From positions 82,708,001 through 82,772,000 of the forward strand of contig OZ024744.1 in NCBI GenBank assembly GCA_964016885.1: 64,000 bases of DNA, read 5' to 3'. The notes below the pieces were generated by a model. That model searched no databases, was not told the DNA's origin, and saw only the letters and a list, made by a program, of their open reading frames with translations. The stretch is from Eledone cirrhosa. Lineage: Eukaryota. Positions 1 through 14,300 of the stretch are shown one piece after another (positions within the stretch are counted from its first letter, which is position 1; the number at the start of each line of letters is the position of its first letter). Both the position numbers and the translations under genes were made by a program.

Positions 1-720
1 AGTGGCGTGTTGGTAGTGGAGGTGATGGTAGTGGTGGTGTTGGAAGTGGTAGGGGTGTTAATGGTGTCGGAGAAGGGAAGGGTATTAGTGGTATTAGTGG
101 TGATGGTGGTGGTGGTAGTGGTAGTGGTGGTGGCTGCAGTGGTGGTGGTGATGGTGGTAGTGGTGGTGGTGATGGTAGTGGTGGTGTTGGTAGTAATGGT
201 GATGGTGGTGGTGGTGGTAGTGATTGTAGTGACGGTTTTAATGATGGTGGGAATATTAGTGGTGGTGATGGTGGTGATTGTGACGGTGGTAGTGGTGGTG
301 GTGATCGTGATGTTGGTGACGGTGTTAATAGTGGTGGTGGTGGTAGTGGTGGTGATAGTAGTGGTGGTAGTGGTAGTGGTGCTAATGGTGTCGAAGAATG
401 TGTGGAGAGGCAGATATTAGTGGTATTGGTGGTGATGGTGGTGGTGTTGGTGTTGGTGACGAAGTGATGGTAGTGGTAGTAGCGGTGGTGGTGGTGTTTA
501 ATGGTGTCGGAGAATGTTGGGGGGGGGGGCATATTATTGGTATTGGTGGTGAAGGTGGTTGTGTTGGTGTTGGTGATGAAATGATGGTAGTGGTAGTGGT
601 GGTTGCGGGGACGGTGTTAGTGATGGTGTAGCTAACACTGATGGTATTGGCAATGTTGTTCATTGTTCAATGGTGTTGTTAATGGTAGTGTTGTAACAGT
701 GGTGTCAGTGTTTTCAAGTA
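1..720. repeat. GGT/GTG/GAT-rich cryptic simple-sequence tract
   Basis: Degenerate trinucleotide repeats; the poly-Val ORFs are artefacts of the repeat. Confidence 0.9.
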
Positions 721-799
721 TTGTGGGACTTGTATTGATTAGGAGATGTTATGATGGTTATGCTTAGGCTTAAACGTGATAGAGGTGGTGTAGTAGTGT

Positions 800-1382
800 T
801 GGGTTTGGCAGCATCGGAAGAGGGTCGGACGCCATGCTCTGCAGCATAGAGTTAAGTCCCTTTACGATCTGATGTCAAATCCCACCGATGTTAACTTTGC
901 TTTTCATCCTTACGCGGTCGATAAAATAAAGTACCAGTAATACACGGGAATAATTGCTGGCCTTGTGCCTAAAGTAGAAACAATTATTGTTAGTTAGGCT
1001 GGTGGATTGGCAGTACCGGTAGAGCCTCCGATAACATGCTCAGCGGCATAGAGTTATGGCTCTTTACTTTCTGGGTTTAAATCCCGCCGAGGTTAGCTTT
1101 ACCATTCACTGTTATGGGGCCGATAAAATAAAGTACCAGTAATGCACTGGTGTCAATTTAACCGAATTTCCCCTCGCCCCAAATTGTTGGCCTTGTGCCT
1201 GAATTATAAACCATTATTGTTAGTGCTTTGCAGCATAGAGTTACGGCCCTTTAGTTTCTGAGTTCAAATTCCGCCGAGGCTAACTTTACCTTTCATCCTC
1301 ACCGGGTCGATAAAATAAAGTACCAGTAATGAACTAGGGTTGTTGCTGGCCTTGTGTCAAAAAGTAGAAACAATTATTGTTA
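800..1382 (+). mobile_element. Three head-to-tail copies of the tRNA-derived SINE (family 1)
   Basis: Each copy has some or all of head TGGCAGTATCGGTAGAG, B-box-like GAGTTCAAATCC, core CTTTCATCCTT..GGTCGATAAAATAAAGTACCAGT and tail GGCCTTGTGCCTAAAGTAGAAACAATTATT. Confidence 0.85.
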
Positions 1383-1583
1383 ATGGTGGTGGTGGTGGTG
1401 TTAGCTGTAGTTGTCTGGTAGGTTGTCGTGTCGGTGGCTGTGGGGTTAGCAGCGTTAGTCGGGTGCGTTGTTGATAGTGTAGGGTTAACAGGGTTGGTTG
1501 GATATGTTGTTGATGGTGGTGTCGCAGTGTTGGTGTTATTGGGGTGAAGGATATTATTAGAGTTGTTAAGTTTTGGGGGGTTG

Positions 1584-2523
1584 GTGTTAGCAGTGTTGGT
1601 AGGGTAGCTTGTTGATGATGGCGCTTTCTCTTAGTGTTCGAGGTATTGCTAGTGGTGTTGGTTGAAGGTGTTAGTAGTGTTGGTAGGGTAGCTTGTTGAT
1701 GATGGCGCTTTCTCTTAGTGTTCGAGGTATTGCTAGTGGTGTTGGTTGAAGGTGTTTGTAGTGTTGGTAGGGTAGCTTGTTGATGATGGCGCTTTCTCTT
1801 AGTGTTCGAGGTATTGCTAGTGGTGTTGGTTGAGGGTGTTAGTAGTGTTGGTAGGGTAGCTTGTTGATGATGGCGCTTTCTCTTAGTGTTCGAGGTATTG
1901 CTAGTGGTGTTGGTTGAGGGTGTTAGCAGTGTTGGTAGGGTAGCTTGTTGATGATGGCGCTTTCTCTTAGTGTTCGAGGTATTGCTAGTGGTGTTGGTTG
2001 AGGGTGTTAGTAGTGTTGGTAGGGTAGCTTGTTGATGATGGCGCTTTCTCTTAGTGTTCGAGGTATTGCTAGTGGTGTTGGTTGAGGGTGTTAGTAGTGT
2101 TGGTAGGGTAGCTTGTTGATGATGGCGCTTTCTCTTAGTGTTCGAGGTATTGCTAGTGGTGTTGGTTGAGGGTGTTAGCAGTGTTGGTAGGGTAGCTTGT
2201 TGATGATGGCGCTTTCTCTTAGTGTTCGAGGTATTGCTAGTGGTGTTGGTTGAAGGTGTTTGTAGTGTTGGTAGGGTAGCTTGTTGATGATGGCGCTTTC
2301 TCTTAGTGTTCGAGGTATTGCTAGTGGTGTTGGTTGAAGGTGTTTGTAGTGTTGGTAGGGTAGCTTGTTGATGATGGCGCTTTCTCTTAGTGTTCGAGGT
2401 ATTGCTAGTGGTGTTGGTTGAGGGTGTTAGCAGTGTTGGTAGGGTAGCTTGTTGATGATGGCGCTTTCTCTTAGTGTTCGAGGTATTGCTAGTGGTGTTG
2501 GTTGAGGGTGTTTGTAGTGTTGG
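1584..2523. repeat. 84-bp minisatellite, ~11 near-identical copies
   Basis: GCGCTTTCTC recurs at 1621, 1705, 1789 ... 2461 (period 84); only about 3 variable positions per unit. Confidence 0.95.
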
Positions 2524-2574
2524 GTAAAATGTTGATAATGGTGTTGGATGGGTTTGTAGGTGGTGTTGTCGGAA

Positions 2575-2595
2575 GTGGTTGCAGTGGTAGTGATT

Positions 2596-2636
<41 letters not shown>

Positions 2637-2659
2637 TGTAGTTGTAGTAGTAGCAGTAA

Positions 2660-2704
<45 letters not shown>

Positions 2705-2802
2705 CAGCAGCAGCAGTAGTAGTAGTAGTAGTAGTAGTAGTAGCAGTAATAGTAATAATAGTAGTAGTAGAATCAGTAGTATCATTAGTAGTAGTAATAG
2801 TA

Positions 2803-2860
<58 letters not shown>

Positions 2861-2903
2861 CAATAGTAGTAGTAGTAGTGGTAGTAGTAGTGGTTGTAGT
2901 AGC

Positions 2904-2938
<35 letters not shown>

Positions 2939-2943
2939 AAGTA

Positions 2944-3012
<69 letters not shown>

Positions 3013-3083
3013 ATAGTAGTAATAGTAGCAATAGTAGTAGTAGTAGCAGTGGTAGTAGTAGTGGCGATGGTAGCAGCAGCAGC

Positions 3084-3128
<45 letters not shown>

Positions 3129-3152
3129 TATAGAAGTAGTGGTAGTAGTAGT
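2575..3152. repeat. (AGT)n microsatellite, interrupted
   Basis: Direct inspection. Confidence 0.95.
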
Positions 3153-3464
3153 GACTGGTTTGTGGATTGTATTAAATTTTCTGTTTGTTTTTTTTTACTA
3201 TTTATAGAAATCAGTGTTTGTTGGATTGAAAAATATGGTGATGATGATGATGGTATGTATGGTTGTAGTGTAGTGGAGTGTAGTGGGGGTGCGTGGTTGT
3301 GATTGTCATGACAGTTGTGATGGTGGTGATGGTGATAGTAGTGCTATGATGGTGATGATCATGATTATTATTGTGGCAGTATGAAAGCAATGGTAATGGT
3401 GTTGTGGTGATTTTGGTGTTGGGATGATATAGTGTGAGTGCGATGGTAATGTTGGGGATGACGA

Positions 3465-3750
3465 TAGTGTTGTTGTTGTTGTTGTGGTTGTTGTTGTTGT
3501 TGTTGTTGTTGTTAGCAGTGGTGGTGGTGTTGTGGTGGCGTTCTGGTGATGGCGTTATTGTTGTTGTGGATGTTGTTGTTGTTGTTGTCGTCGTCGTCGT
3601 TGTTGTTGTTGTTGTTGTTGTGGCTGTTGTTGTTGTTGTTGGCTGTGGTGGTGGTGTGGTGGCGTTCCGGTGATGGTGTTATTGTTGTTGTGGCTGTTGT
3701 TGTTGTTGTTGTGGATGTTGTTGTTGTTGTTGTCGTCGTTGTCGGCGTGG

Positions 3751-3788
<38 letters not shown>

Positions 3789-3913
3789 GGCGGTGGTGGT
3801 GGTGGTGGTGTGGTGGTGTGGTGGCGTTCTGGTGATGGTCTTCTTGTAGTTGTGGTTGTTGTTGTTGTTGGCGGTGGTGGTGGTGGTGTGGTGGCGTTCT
3901 GGTGATGGTGTTT

Positions 3914-3945
<32 letters not shown>

Positions 3946-4074
3946 GGCAGTGGTGGTGGTGGTGTGGTGGCGTTCTGGTGATGGAGTTCTTGTTGTTGTG
4001 GCTGTTGTTGTTATTGTTGTTGTTGGTCTTGTTGTTGTTCTTGTTGTAGGTGGTGGTGGTGTTGTTAGTGATGG

Positions 4075-4123
<49 letters not shown>

Positions 4124-4431
4124 GTAGTTATTATTGTTGTTGGTGGTGATGATGGTGTTGTTGTTGTTGCTGGTGGTGGTATTGTTGTTGTTGGTGGTGG
4201 TGGTGTTTTGGTGATGGTGTAGTTGTTGTTGTTGTTGGTCGTGGTGGTGGTGGCGGCGTTTTGATGATGGTATTCTTGTTGTTGTTGTTGTTGGTGGTGG
4301 CGTTTTTTGATGGTATTGTTGTTATTGTTGGTGGTGGTGGTGGCGTTTTCGTGATGGTGTTCTTGTTGTTCTTGTTGGTATTGGTGGCGTTGGTGGTAGT
4401 AGCGTTTTGTTGATGCTGTTGTTGTTGTTGC

Positions 4432-4477
<46 letters not shown>

Positions 4478-4564
4478 GGTGGTGGTGGTGTTGGTAATGG
4501 TGGCACTTTGGTGATGGTGTTGTGGTTGTTGTTGTTAGTGGTAGTGGTGGCGTTTTGGTAATTG

Positions 4565-4595
<31 letters not shown>

Positions 4596-4630
4596 GGCGA
4601 TGATGGTGGTGGCGGTGGGAGTGGTAGTGA
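3465..4630. repeat. (GTT)n/(GGT)n compound tract with recurring GTGGTGGCGTTCTGGTGATGG anchor
   Basis: The anchor recurs at about 3533, 3655, 3820, 3890 and 3965, then in degenerate form, between variable-length GTT runs. Confidence 0.85.
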
Positions 4631-4731
4631 TCTATCTAGGTGGTGGTTGCGATGGTTAAGGTGTGGGCTGATGGTGAAAGAGAGAAGGGAATGATGCAAA
4701 ACCCAAAACGCTTGTGATTAACAGTCATTTG

Positions 4732-4766
<35 letters not shown>

Positions 4767-5380
4767 TTTTTTTTTCTGTTCATATTCAACGCACCACGCT
4801 CACAACTCACACCTTACATCTCACACCTCACACCTTCCATACTATCCATCTATACACACTGACACCTCCCCCTCCCCCCCTCCCTCTCTACTTGCCAATA
4901 TTTTCTACAGACACGTACGCACTGTGCACACTGACACACATACGAATACACATTAGCAGTCATATGAATGAATATAGGTAAACACGCTATTAGCTTACCT
5001 CCTATTCGACTGTATACATACATTTATTTATAACAGTCACGTACACATACGCACTCGTACACACACTTCTACAAATAAGTACGCACGTCTTTCAACACTT
5101 AAACGTGATACACATAAAACGCATACATGCAATCATAACTGTCACACATATATACATCAATAAACATATACACACTGGCACACTAGCACAGATAAAACAC
5201 TTCCCAAATGCATGCACACACATGTGTATATATATATATATATATGTGTGTATGTGTGTATGTGTGTGTGTCTCTCTGTGTGTGTGTGTGTGTGTGTATC
5301 CGAATGTAGTTGAGTGAGGGCCGAGAGAAAAGAGTACTCAATACCAAAGTAGATTGAATATTGAATATTGAAATATTGAA

Positions 5381-5422
5381 TCTTGTTACTCTGGAGTTTC
5401 GCCTACTTCTCATCAGACAAGA
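5381..5422 (-). ncRNA. Minimal type-I hammerhead ribozyme (Penelope-like)
   Basis: Minus strand reads TCTTGT CTGATGA GAAGTAGGC GAAA CTCCAGAG TA ACAAGA: stem I TCTTGT/ACAAGA, intact core, 1-bp G-C stem II, stem III ACTC/GAGT, GUA cleavage site. Confidence 0.85.
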
Positions 5423-5452
5423 ACACACACACGCGCGAGCACACACACACAC

Positions 5453-5499
<47 letters not shown>

Positions 5500-5559
5500 C
5501 ATATATACATAAATATTATGGAATGCTGTTTGCTTTTCGCTGCAGTGTTTTCTATACCT

Positions 5560-5744
<185 letters not shown>

Positions 5745-5748
<4 letters not shown>

Positions 5749-5896
5749 TATTAAAATAACAGATTAAAGTTTAAGCAAAGAATCGCTGCTTTCACTCTTA
5801 ACTGGATCTTCTGAAACTCAGAGTTTCAGAAGATCCCGTTAAGGGTGAAAGCAACGATTCTTTGCTTAAACTTTAATCTGTTATTTTAATAAATAT
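5745..5896. repeat. Near-perfect palindrome (~73-bp arms) made of two inverted hammerhead-bearing segments
   Basis: ATTTATTAAAATAACAGATTAAAG...CTGAAACTC-A-GAGTTTCAG...CTTTAATCTGTTATTTTAATAAAT with few mismatches. Confidence 0.9.
5822..5872 (+). ncRNA. Type-I hammerhead-like motif, variant core (CAGAAGA)
   Basis: AGTTT CAGAAGA T-CCC-GTTAA-GGG-T GAAA GCAA-CGATTCT-TTGC TT AAACT: all three stems pair, with a U4>A core variant. The same motif recurs at 40065-40115. Confidence 0.65.
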
Positions 5897-6306
5897 TTGC
5901 TCTACGGTCTTATATATTTGATATATATCTATCCTTATCGAGACCTCTTTGGATTTTAGTCTTCAAATTTATTATTATTACTATATATATATTTATATAT
6001 ATATATTTGTGTCTGTGCGCGTCTGTTGATTAGTTGTAATAGCAGTATTTATCGTATTAGTATTAGTAGTGTTGGTGTTTTATTGTTGTTTATACGGGTT
6101 TGAGCCTTAGGCTCCACACCAACATCGATGGATATCGTAAGTTGCTGCGAGTGTGCAACCTCAAGGAGGGAGATTTGACAGCTGTATTTCCCAGGGCCGT
6201 ACGATGATGCTGTGTTGAAAATGGTCCATTTAATGTTGAAGACGTTATACACTTGTTTACATCATCATCATTTTACGTCCGCTTTTCCCTGCTTGTAAGG
6301 GTGGGA

Positions 6307-6393
<87 letters not shown>

Positions 6394-6506
6394 GTGTGTC
6401 TGTGTGTGTGAGTATGCGTTTGAATTTCGTATTTGTATACAGCTATGTTCGAAGTTAAATTATAATATATATATATATATTTTTTAAACTTCATATCATG
6501 TTTCCC

Positions 6507-6577
6507 TATTTTATCTGATGAGAACGCAAATATCATCCCATGATGATATTTGTTTTGGAAATGCGCATAATAAAATA
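6507..6577 (+). ncRNA. Type-I hammerhead ribozyme with palindromic loop-less stem III
   Basis: TATTTTAT CTGATGA GAACGCAAATATCATC-CCAT-GATGATATTTGTTTTG GAAA TGCGCA TA ATAAAATA: 8-bp stem I, palindrome ATGCGCAT, AUA site; flanked by (TA)n. Confidence 0.85.
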
Positions 6578-6605
6578 CTTGGAACTCTTTTAACCATCTT
6601 TTGAT

Positions 6606-6644
<39 letters not shown>

Positions 6645-7039
6645 TAGTGGGGGTGCGTCTATGTGTGTCCGTATGTGCGTGGATGTGTGTGTATATGATT
6701 GTATGCGTGTAAGTGTGTGTTTGAGTGTATCCTTGTGCGTGTGTTTGTGTGTATACCTGTGTACGCGTGTGTGATTACGTATAGCTGCCCAAACTCTTTC
6801 TTCTCAATCCAAATAACTTAATTTTTCTTCGATAAATATATACACGCAACACACACACTTACACTCGCACTCGCACACACTTACACACACACTCACACAC
6901 ACTTATACACACACTCGCACACACTTACACACACACTCGCCCAAATTTGGTTTAAGCCATCCTAATTTATTGATATCTTTTTTTTTATTTTGTCTCTACT
7001 TCCTCTTGTTTTCTCTTCATACATTTTCCTTCCATCTAT

Positions 7040-7041
7040 AC

Positions 7042-7081
<40 letters not shown>

Positions 7082-7328
7082 ACGTTATCATCTTCAACAA
7101 CCTGATGAACATAATCATCATCATCATGATCTTCATCAATATTTCATTTATCATTGTCGTTGTCACCATCATCATCATAATCATCATCATTATCTTCATC
7201 ATCGTCATCGTCATCGACATCGTTATCGTCATCACCATCACCATCATCCTCACCACCACCATCATCATCATCATCATCATCTTCATCAGCATCACCACCA
7301 ACAACAACAACAACAACAACAACAACAA

Positions 7329-7364
<36 letters not shown>

Positions 7365-7482
7365 CGACATCACCACCACCGTCAACTATAACATCATGGC
7401 GTTCGTGATCGCCTTCGTCGTCATCATCATCATTAACAACATCGTCAGCAACGTCTACCACCTACCGATGGTCATTCATCAC
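7040..7482. repeat. (CAT)n/(CAA)n compound microsatellite
   Basis: Direct inspection. Confidence 0.9.
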
Positions 7483-7596
7483 TAGCACAAGCACCATTAC
7501 CATAACGGCCACCAACTTCGTTATTAGTAACAGTAATACACTGAGACTTCTAAATAAATTTAAAAAACAACAACTGTTTGGCCTTATGCGTAAACC

Positions 7597-7786
7597 AGTG
7601 AATTTGCAGTATCGGTAGAGCGTCAAACACCATGCTTTGCACCATAGAGTTATGGCTCTTTATGTTCTGAGTTCAAATCCCGCCGAGGTTAACTTTTACC
7701 TTTTAACCTTACAGAGTCGATAAAATAAAGTACCAGTAATGCACTGGGATAACTGCTGGCCTTGTGCCAAAAGTAGAAACAATTAT
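7597..7786 (+). mobile_element. SINE family 1 copy
   Basis: Head, B-box GAGTTCAAATCC, core and tail all present. Confidence 0.85.
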
Positions 7787-7837
7787 TTTTTTACATATTA
7801 CTAACTAGCAATGGCACTAACACAACGTGGTACCGAG

Positions 7838-7950
7838 TTAATAATTGTTCCTACTTTCTGGAACAAGGCCAGCAATTATCTCATTACATTACTGGTACTT
7901 TATTTTATCGACGCCGTAAGGCAAAGTTAACTTCGGTGGGATTTGAACAT
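7838..7950 (-). mobile_element. SINE family 1, 3' half
   Basis: Reverse complement of core and tail (ACTGGTACTTTATTTTATCGAC). Confidence 0.8.
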
Positions 7951-8034
7951 GATATAATCACAGCTAAACATTGAAATACTCAGAGTGATACTAAATGTAA
8001 GTTAAATTTACATAAACGTGTTTTATATGGGTCC

Positions 8035-8400
8035 AGGCAAAATTGTTAGAACATCGGACAACTGGTGTGGAATTTATTCCAGCTCTTACATTACGTTCAA
8101 ATTCTAGTGAGGTCAACTTTACATTCCATACTTTCAGGGTTCAATAAAATAAAGTATTAGTTAGGTACTGGAGATCGACTTAATCGACTTACCACTACCC
8201 GAATACCCGAAATGATGGCTTTGTACCTAAATTTAAAAAAAACAACATTATTACTGTGGATTGGCAGTATCGGTAGAGGGTCGGACGCCATGTTTTTCAG
8301 CGTTTTACGGTCTGAGTTCAAATCCCGCCGAGGTTAACTTTGCCTTTCATCCTTACGGGGGGTCGATAAAATAAAGCCCTATTAAATGCACCGGGGTAAT
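8035..8400 (+). mobile_element. Two SINE family 1 copies (one divergent, one 3'-truncated)
   Basis: GTTCAAATTC..GAGGTCAACTTT..AATAAAATAAAGTA, followed by a second copy starting GTGGATTGGCAGTATCGGTAGAG at ~8257. Confidence 0.75.
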
Positions 8401-8771
8401 TACAGTCGTTCGTTATATAATTTACAAGCTAGCCAATCAGAAGTTCTCAATAACGAAAGTGAAATGGGATAATCTATACAACGCATGCCGAACAAACGCC
8501 ACACAATGTATTTCTCGTAATGACGGATTTGCCGACTTTCTGGCCACAGTTTAGATGTTTTGTATTTGTATATAGTTTTAAAAATGTACACCAACGAACG
8601 GATCCACCGTCACTAATTTAACAGTGAGACTGAATGTTGATGAGAGGGAGATGTAAAATCCCGACCGCGGCGCCATGCAGTCAGGATTTTACATATCACT
8701 AAACCCACTCTGCATTTCCCTGTGTACTAAGTAATCTTATGATTAGTTGTCTCCCCAGTCACAGCACCGCC

Positions 8772-9263
<492 letters not shown>

Positions 9264-9514
9264 TTGCCTGACGCGTGGAACATCGCCGGCAAGCTTTTTT
9301 GTTAATTTCTATGCAAAAAACCGAACTAATTGTTTGAAAAAACATAACATTTTGTAGATTAACCCCTAAGTTGAATTGTCAGCTGGGTGGTAATCCCATT
9401 TTTCGCCCAGATTTTACAAACTAAATAACTTGAGCAGCACAAGAACGCTGGAGAACGTCAATAGAGAAAAGAGAGAAAGAGGCAGATATTAACGTTATAT
9501 CTGCTTCTGCTACT

Positions 9515-11330
9515 ATGGATGTCGCCATAGATACGACTGTCAACAAAGAGGAACAAATATTACCACTTGAAGATTTTAAAATTTCTACCGTCGAAGCGGA
9601 GAAAAATAACAATAACACACAGGAAAACACAGGAATTAAACCCATTAACATACATACACATGAAAAAGACATCAACAACTCTACAGATACATCTACACAT
9701 AATGTTTCACCTCGACAAGGAACTGAAATTTCCAACACCGAGGCTAACAACGATAACAACAACAGCAACAGCAACACCACACAAAAAGAGAAAATGTCTT
9801 TCGCTGAAACTGAACAAAAAACAAGATTTTATAAATCTTGATATCTCCAATGCAAGAGATATGCTCCAGCAAGGGAGAAAATTTGTAACTTTCGAAGAAA
9901 AAGGTGGGTTTAGAATTAACTCACCCCTTGAAATAAAGGAAGACACATTTCGCAGATCAGTCACCTTTAGGACTGTGTCAAATTCCACAAGAAAGCCGAC
10001 ATTTGTTAGCCAAGCAGATATAGAAGCTACTTTTAAGGAAAATTTAGCAAATATCGATTTTCTCCAGCGAGGAAAACAGTACGGAAGTGTTTCCGTACTG
10101 TTTAAAAGCGAGGCACTCGCCCAAAAACATTCTGTGACACCAATGGTGTCAAAAGCATACACATTTTTCCCTACATACATGGGAAAAAGGATACAAAAAA
10201 TAAAAATAAAAAACATACGCCCAAACATTAACATCTGGTGGATCTTGGCTGGCTTCGTAGAGCGAGAAACTGATATGATTCTTTCGATACGAAAATCTAT
10301 TCGACAAAGGTGGGCGGGTACTGATTTGGAGATTCTGTTGCAAATGAAACCGGAGAGAATCTCCAACATACCTGAAAGAGTCGTCATGGATGATAACAAC
10401 AAAATAAACATTTCGGTAGAAGCGCGAAAATTTCATTGCATTCGCTGTGGTAGCACAGCACACCTAAAAGCCTCTTGTCCACAAACACACAACAACAACA
10501 TCATTAAAAAAACACTATTACCAACACCAACACCAAAACAACAACCAGAAGTACAACGTAAGACGAAACGAGCAACCACACCAAAACAAACAGACACTCA
10601 ACCAACAACAACAGAAAAAACAGAGACAACACCCCTGAAGAACACAGCCCCACTCTATCCCACTCCATCAAACACTACCACAAACACACACACCTCTACA
10701 CCACCACCACACAACATACCTCTACCCCACACACCTGACGATGATTATTCATCGACGGATGAAGCTGCTTCTCCTTCTTTAAGTGAAGAAGAGGGAGAGC
10801 CGCGGAAATCTAAAAAACAAAAAAAGAGACACCTCAAAACCCCCAAAACTCCAGTCACCAACACCAACACACAACCACAGACACCAACAACAACACAAAC
10901 AACACCACAGTCAAACATCCGCCTTTCAGCAAAACCAGCACCAACACCACCCAAACACAAGCACCCACCATAAAAAGAAAACTCCCGTACGAACAACAAA
11001 CTAAAACAACACAACAAAAACACAAACAACAATACGCATACATCAACACAAACAACAAGAGTTTGATGGAGGTCATCTCCCAAAACCCCAAGGTGGAGAC
11101 GGAGGGCAAAACTTTCGTCAAGGCAGAATCGTCTCCACACCTTAAACTTATAAGGGTTTCTATGGAAACCTATAATGACCTAAAAAAATAAATGTTCACA
11201 GGACGTTGGCAACCCCTGCCACAAACCCATCAACCGCGTCCTGTTAAAATGTTACCCCACCCCACCCAACACCCCATCCAGCACCCAAATAAAGATTGAA
11301 CAACCCGATCTCCAGGAAACGAAAAGGTAA
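9515..11330 (+). pseudogene. Tx1 ORF1 (Gag-like), frameshifted; main open segment 9567-10973
   Basis: CIRCGSTAHLKASC (CX2CX4HX4C) followed by a Pro/Thr-rich tail; homologous to the ORF1s at 15481 and 60336. Confidence 0.85.
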
Positions 11331-11371
11331 GTGTACCTTTCGTCCTTTTTCTTCAACTTTTCTTCACAAAC

Positions 11372-14300
11372 ATGGCTAGTTTACGATTTGGAACCGTGAA
11401 TGTGCGTGGCCTAGGGATGCCCTGGAAATAAGGCCAACATTTAAACGAACTTAGGTCACACAGTATGGATGTGAAAACCATCACCGAGTCCAGGATCCAC
11501 AACAGGCAGCAACTAACCCCCCATCTTCGACGACTTTGAGATCTACGCATCTCTCTGTCATCCAGGAGGTGGAGGTGGAGTGGCTGTCATGTTTCGGAAG
11601 AACCTGGACGTCGAAGTCCAGCAAGTACACTTGGACCCGGAGGGTAGACTGGTAGTCCTAGACGTGAACAGTATTGGAGATGGAGCCTTCAGACTGGTGG
11701 CCGTTTATGCCCCGACCGGGCAATCGCAATCACGGCCAGACTTCTTTAAGCGTCTAGAGTCTTTTCTGGGAACGTCTCGCTCCTTACTTTTAGTGGTATC
11801 CTAGATGCACGATGGGACTATGTGGGAGCATGTCCCAGTAGAGCGGGGTGCACAGCCTCAAAACTTTAATCGGCCAATTCCAACTCGCCGATAGGTATCG
11901 ACTGGATTTCCCGACTGCACCACAGTGGACGTGGGTAAACCCCAGTGGGACACCTAGATCGTATTTAGATAGGTTCTTCATTAGAGAAAGGGACAAGGAG
12001 ATGTTAAGCTGTCCACGAATGCACATGGTTGCCTATTCAGATCACAAGTTAGTCGTCTGCTTAGTCAACCGTGATAGAATACATAGACAGGGACCCGGAT
12101 ACTGGAAGCTGAACGTGTCGTTGCCGGCACGTAAAGCTTACAGTGAACGGATAAGTAGACTAGTCAAGCAACAGTTAACGGGAGCCATCGTCAACAATAG
12201 ATGGTGGTACTCTCTCAAGAAAGCAATTAGAATAGAATCGATAGGGTATAGCAGAGAGTTAGCCTTAGAGAAAAACAGAATAGAAAGAGAACTAGTAGCC
12301 AAGGTAGAGGGGGCACTTAGAAGTGGCAACGCGCCTAGAGTGTTAGTATCGAGAACGGCACTGGACCAGTTCTTCGATGCGAAACACGAAGGCTGCGTGG
12401 TCAGAAGCAAAACACGTGATCTAGGAAACGAAGGAGCGAAAGCTGTCAGTTGGGCCCGAGTGGCGGAGGCAAAAAGTGGCAACAAGTCCACGATTCGGTC
12501 TTTGAAAGACCAAAACGGAGGCGTGCTACTTGACCCCAAACAAATGTGCGCGGCCTTTCAGCGGCACTTTGCGCGACTGTTTGAGCAGAACGACGGTGAG
12601 CCGAACGTAGCAATGGACTTTATTTCATACCTCGACAGCCTGCCACGACTCTCGAACACGGACGCCGAGTTCTGCGAAAGACCGATTACGGACACTGAGA
12701 TACGGGACGCCCTGGGCCGCTGCGGGAAACGCTGTCACCCAGACTAGATTGTCTACCTTACGAGTTTTACATAGGCATGCCGGATTTGTTCTCTGGCGTC
12801 CTCGAAGCCGTCTACTGCAATTGGCAGCAGAACGGGAGAATTCCCAGTTCTGCAGGCAAGGGCGTAGTAACGCTGATCAGGAAAGACGAGAACAAGGGGG
12901 ACGAAATTAACAACTTCAGGCCCATAACTCTTCTCAACACAGAGTTAAAGATTTTGGCCAAGGAGCTAGCGACGAGGTTGGCGCTTGTCGTCGAGAACCA
13001 GGTAGGGAAAGTGCAAACGTGTGCAATCCAGACCAGGTCCATACACGACAACTTCCACCTCATGCGATACATCATAGAAAGGGTGGGTAGTAAACCCGAC
13101 TTCGGTGGGGTTCTGATCAACTTGGATCAGTCTAAGGCATTCGATAGAGTCGACCATCGATACTTGGAAGCAGTTCTCAAGGCGGCTGGTTTCGGTCTCG
13201 TGTTCAGAGGATGGATCGAGGCGATGCACACCAGCATCTGCTCGAGGGTCAAGGTGAACGGCTACCTATCGGAGCCGTTCGCAATCACGCGTTCCATTCG
13301 ACAGGGGTGCCCTCTCTCCTCCATTCTGTATGTATTGACTCTAGAGCCACTACTGCGGAAATTGGAGCTGTTGCAGCGCATCCCTCTAGAATCGGGACTG
13401 CACAAAGCGGCGTCGGCTTATGCCGACGACATGACGGTAATTGTGTCGAGCACCTCGGAAATCGGGGTCATCGGCAACTTACTGGAAGAATACGAAACGC
13501 TGACGGAGCAAAACTAAACCCGGACAAGTCTGTCGGTTTGCAACTCGGTACGTGGAGAGGAAAACCGATGGTGAGGAGATTCGTCTGCTGTCAGCACCCT
13601 TCCAACGGAAGGCTGGGAATGCTGTGGCTGATGATGAGCAAACATGCGCTGAGGCTGCGGCATCTCCAGGTATTCCTCACCGAACCCCAACCGGTGTGGG
13701 CACTGTTTGTGAGACAGGCTTTCCCACAGCGTGTCTCACTGACGGAGCTGCATTCCCGGGTGAAGAAAAGACCGAAAACGATGGGCGCCTGGCACATTGA
13801 ATGCGCTCAGGCGCTAACAGTCCTCTGGCAAGCGGGCACAGCAATCAGTGGAGACTACACTTTGACATTCTATAGAGGGATTTGTACGTTACAAGGGCGA
13901 CGATGTACTCGGAGAGACTCTGGGCGTCGAAGACGATGACCTCAGCAGTCTGTTGAATAGCACTTTCCACCCGGGACCTATGGACAACTTCCAGAGGTCC
14001 CTGGCTTGGCAGTGCTACCGAGGAGCTCTACCGGTTCGTGACAAGATCTACAGGCACAGACGCCCCGGCAGGGATCCTTCCAAGAGGACGTGTCCAAGAT
14101 GCGCGCAGGACATTGAAACAGTCCTGCACGCAATTGTACACTGCCCTGGCGTAACCGACTAGTGGAACTATGCAGAACAACTGCTGTCGCGTATGGGACA
14201 AATCCAGTTGACTGCTGAGTCCATAGTAAGGATCAAACCGCTAGCCTCTTTCAAAAACGAGAGAGGCGGTTTTCCTCTGTACGGTGGCTATGGTGAAAAA

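Noticed and set aside
1584-2523. CRISPR-like array
   Set aside because: Units are contiguous near-identical repeats without unique spacers, and the context is eukaryotic.
9707-10411. 234-aa antisense ORF in Tx1 ORF1 (ORF0-like)
   Set aside because: It is not preserved as a long ORF in copies B or J; likely a shadow of the sense frame.
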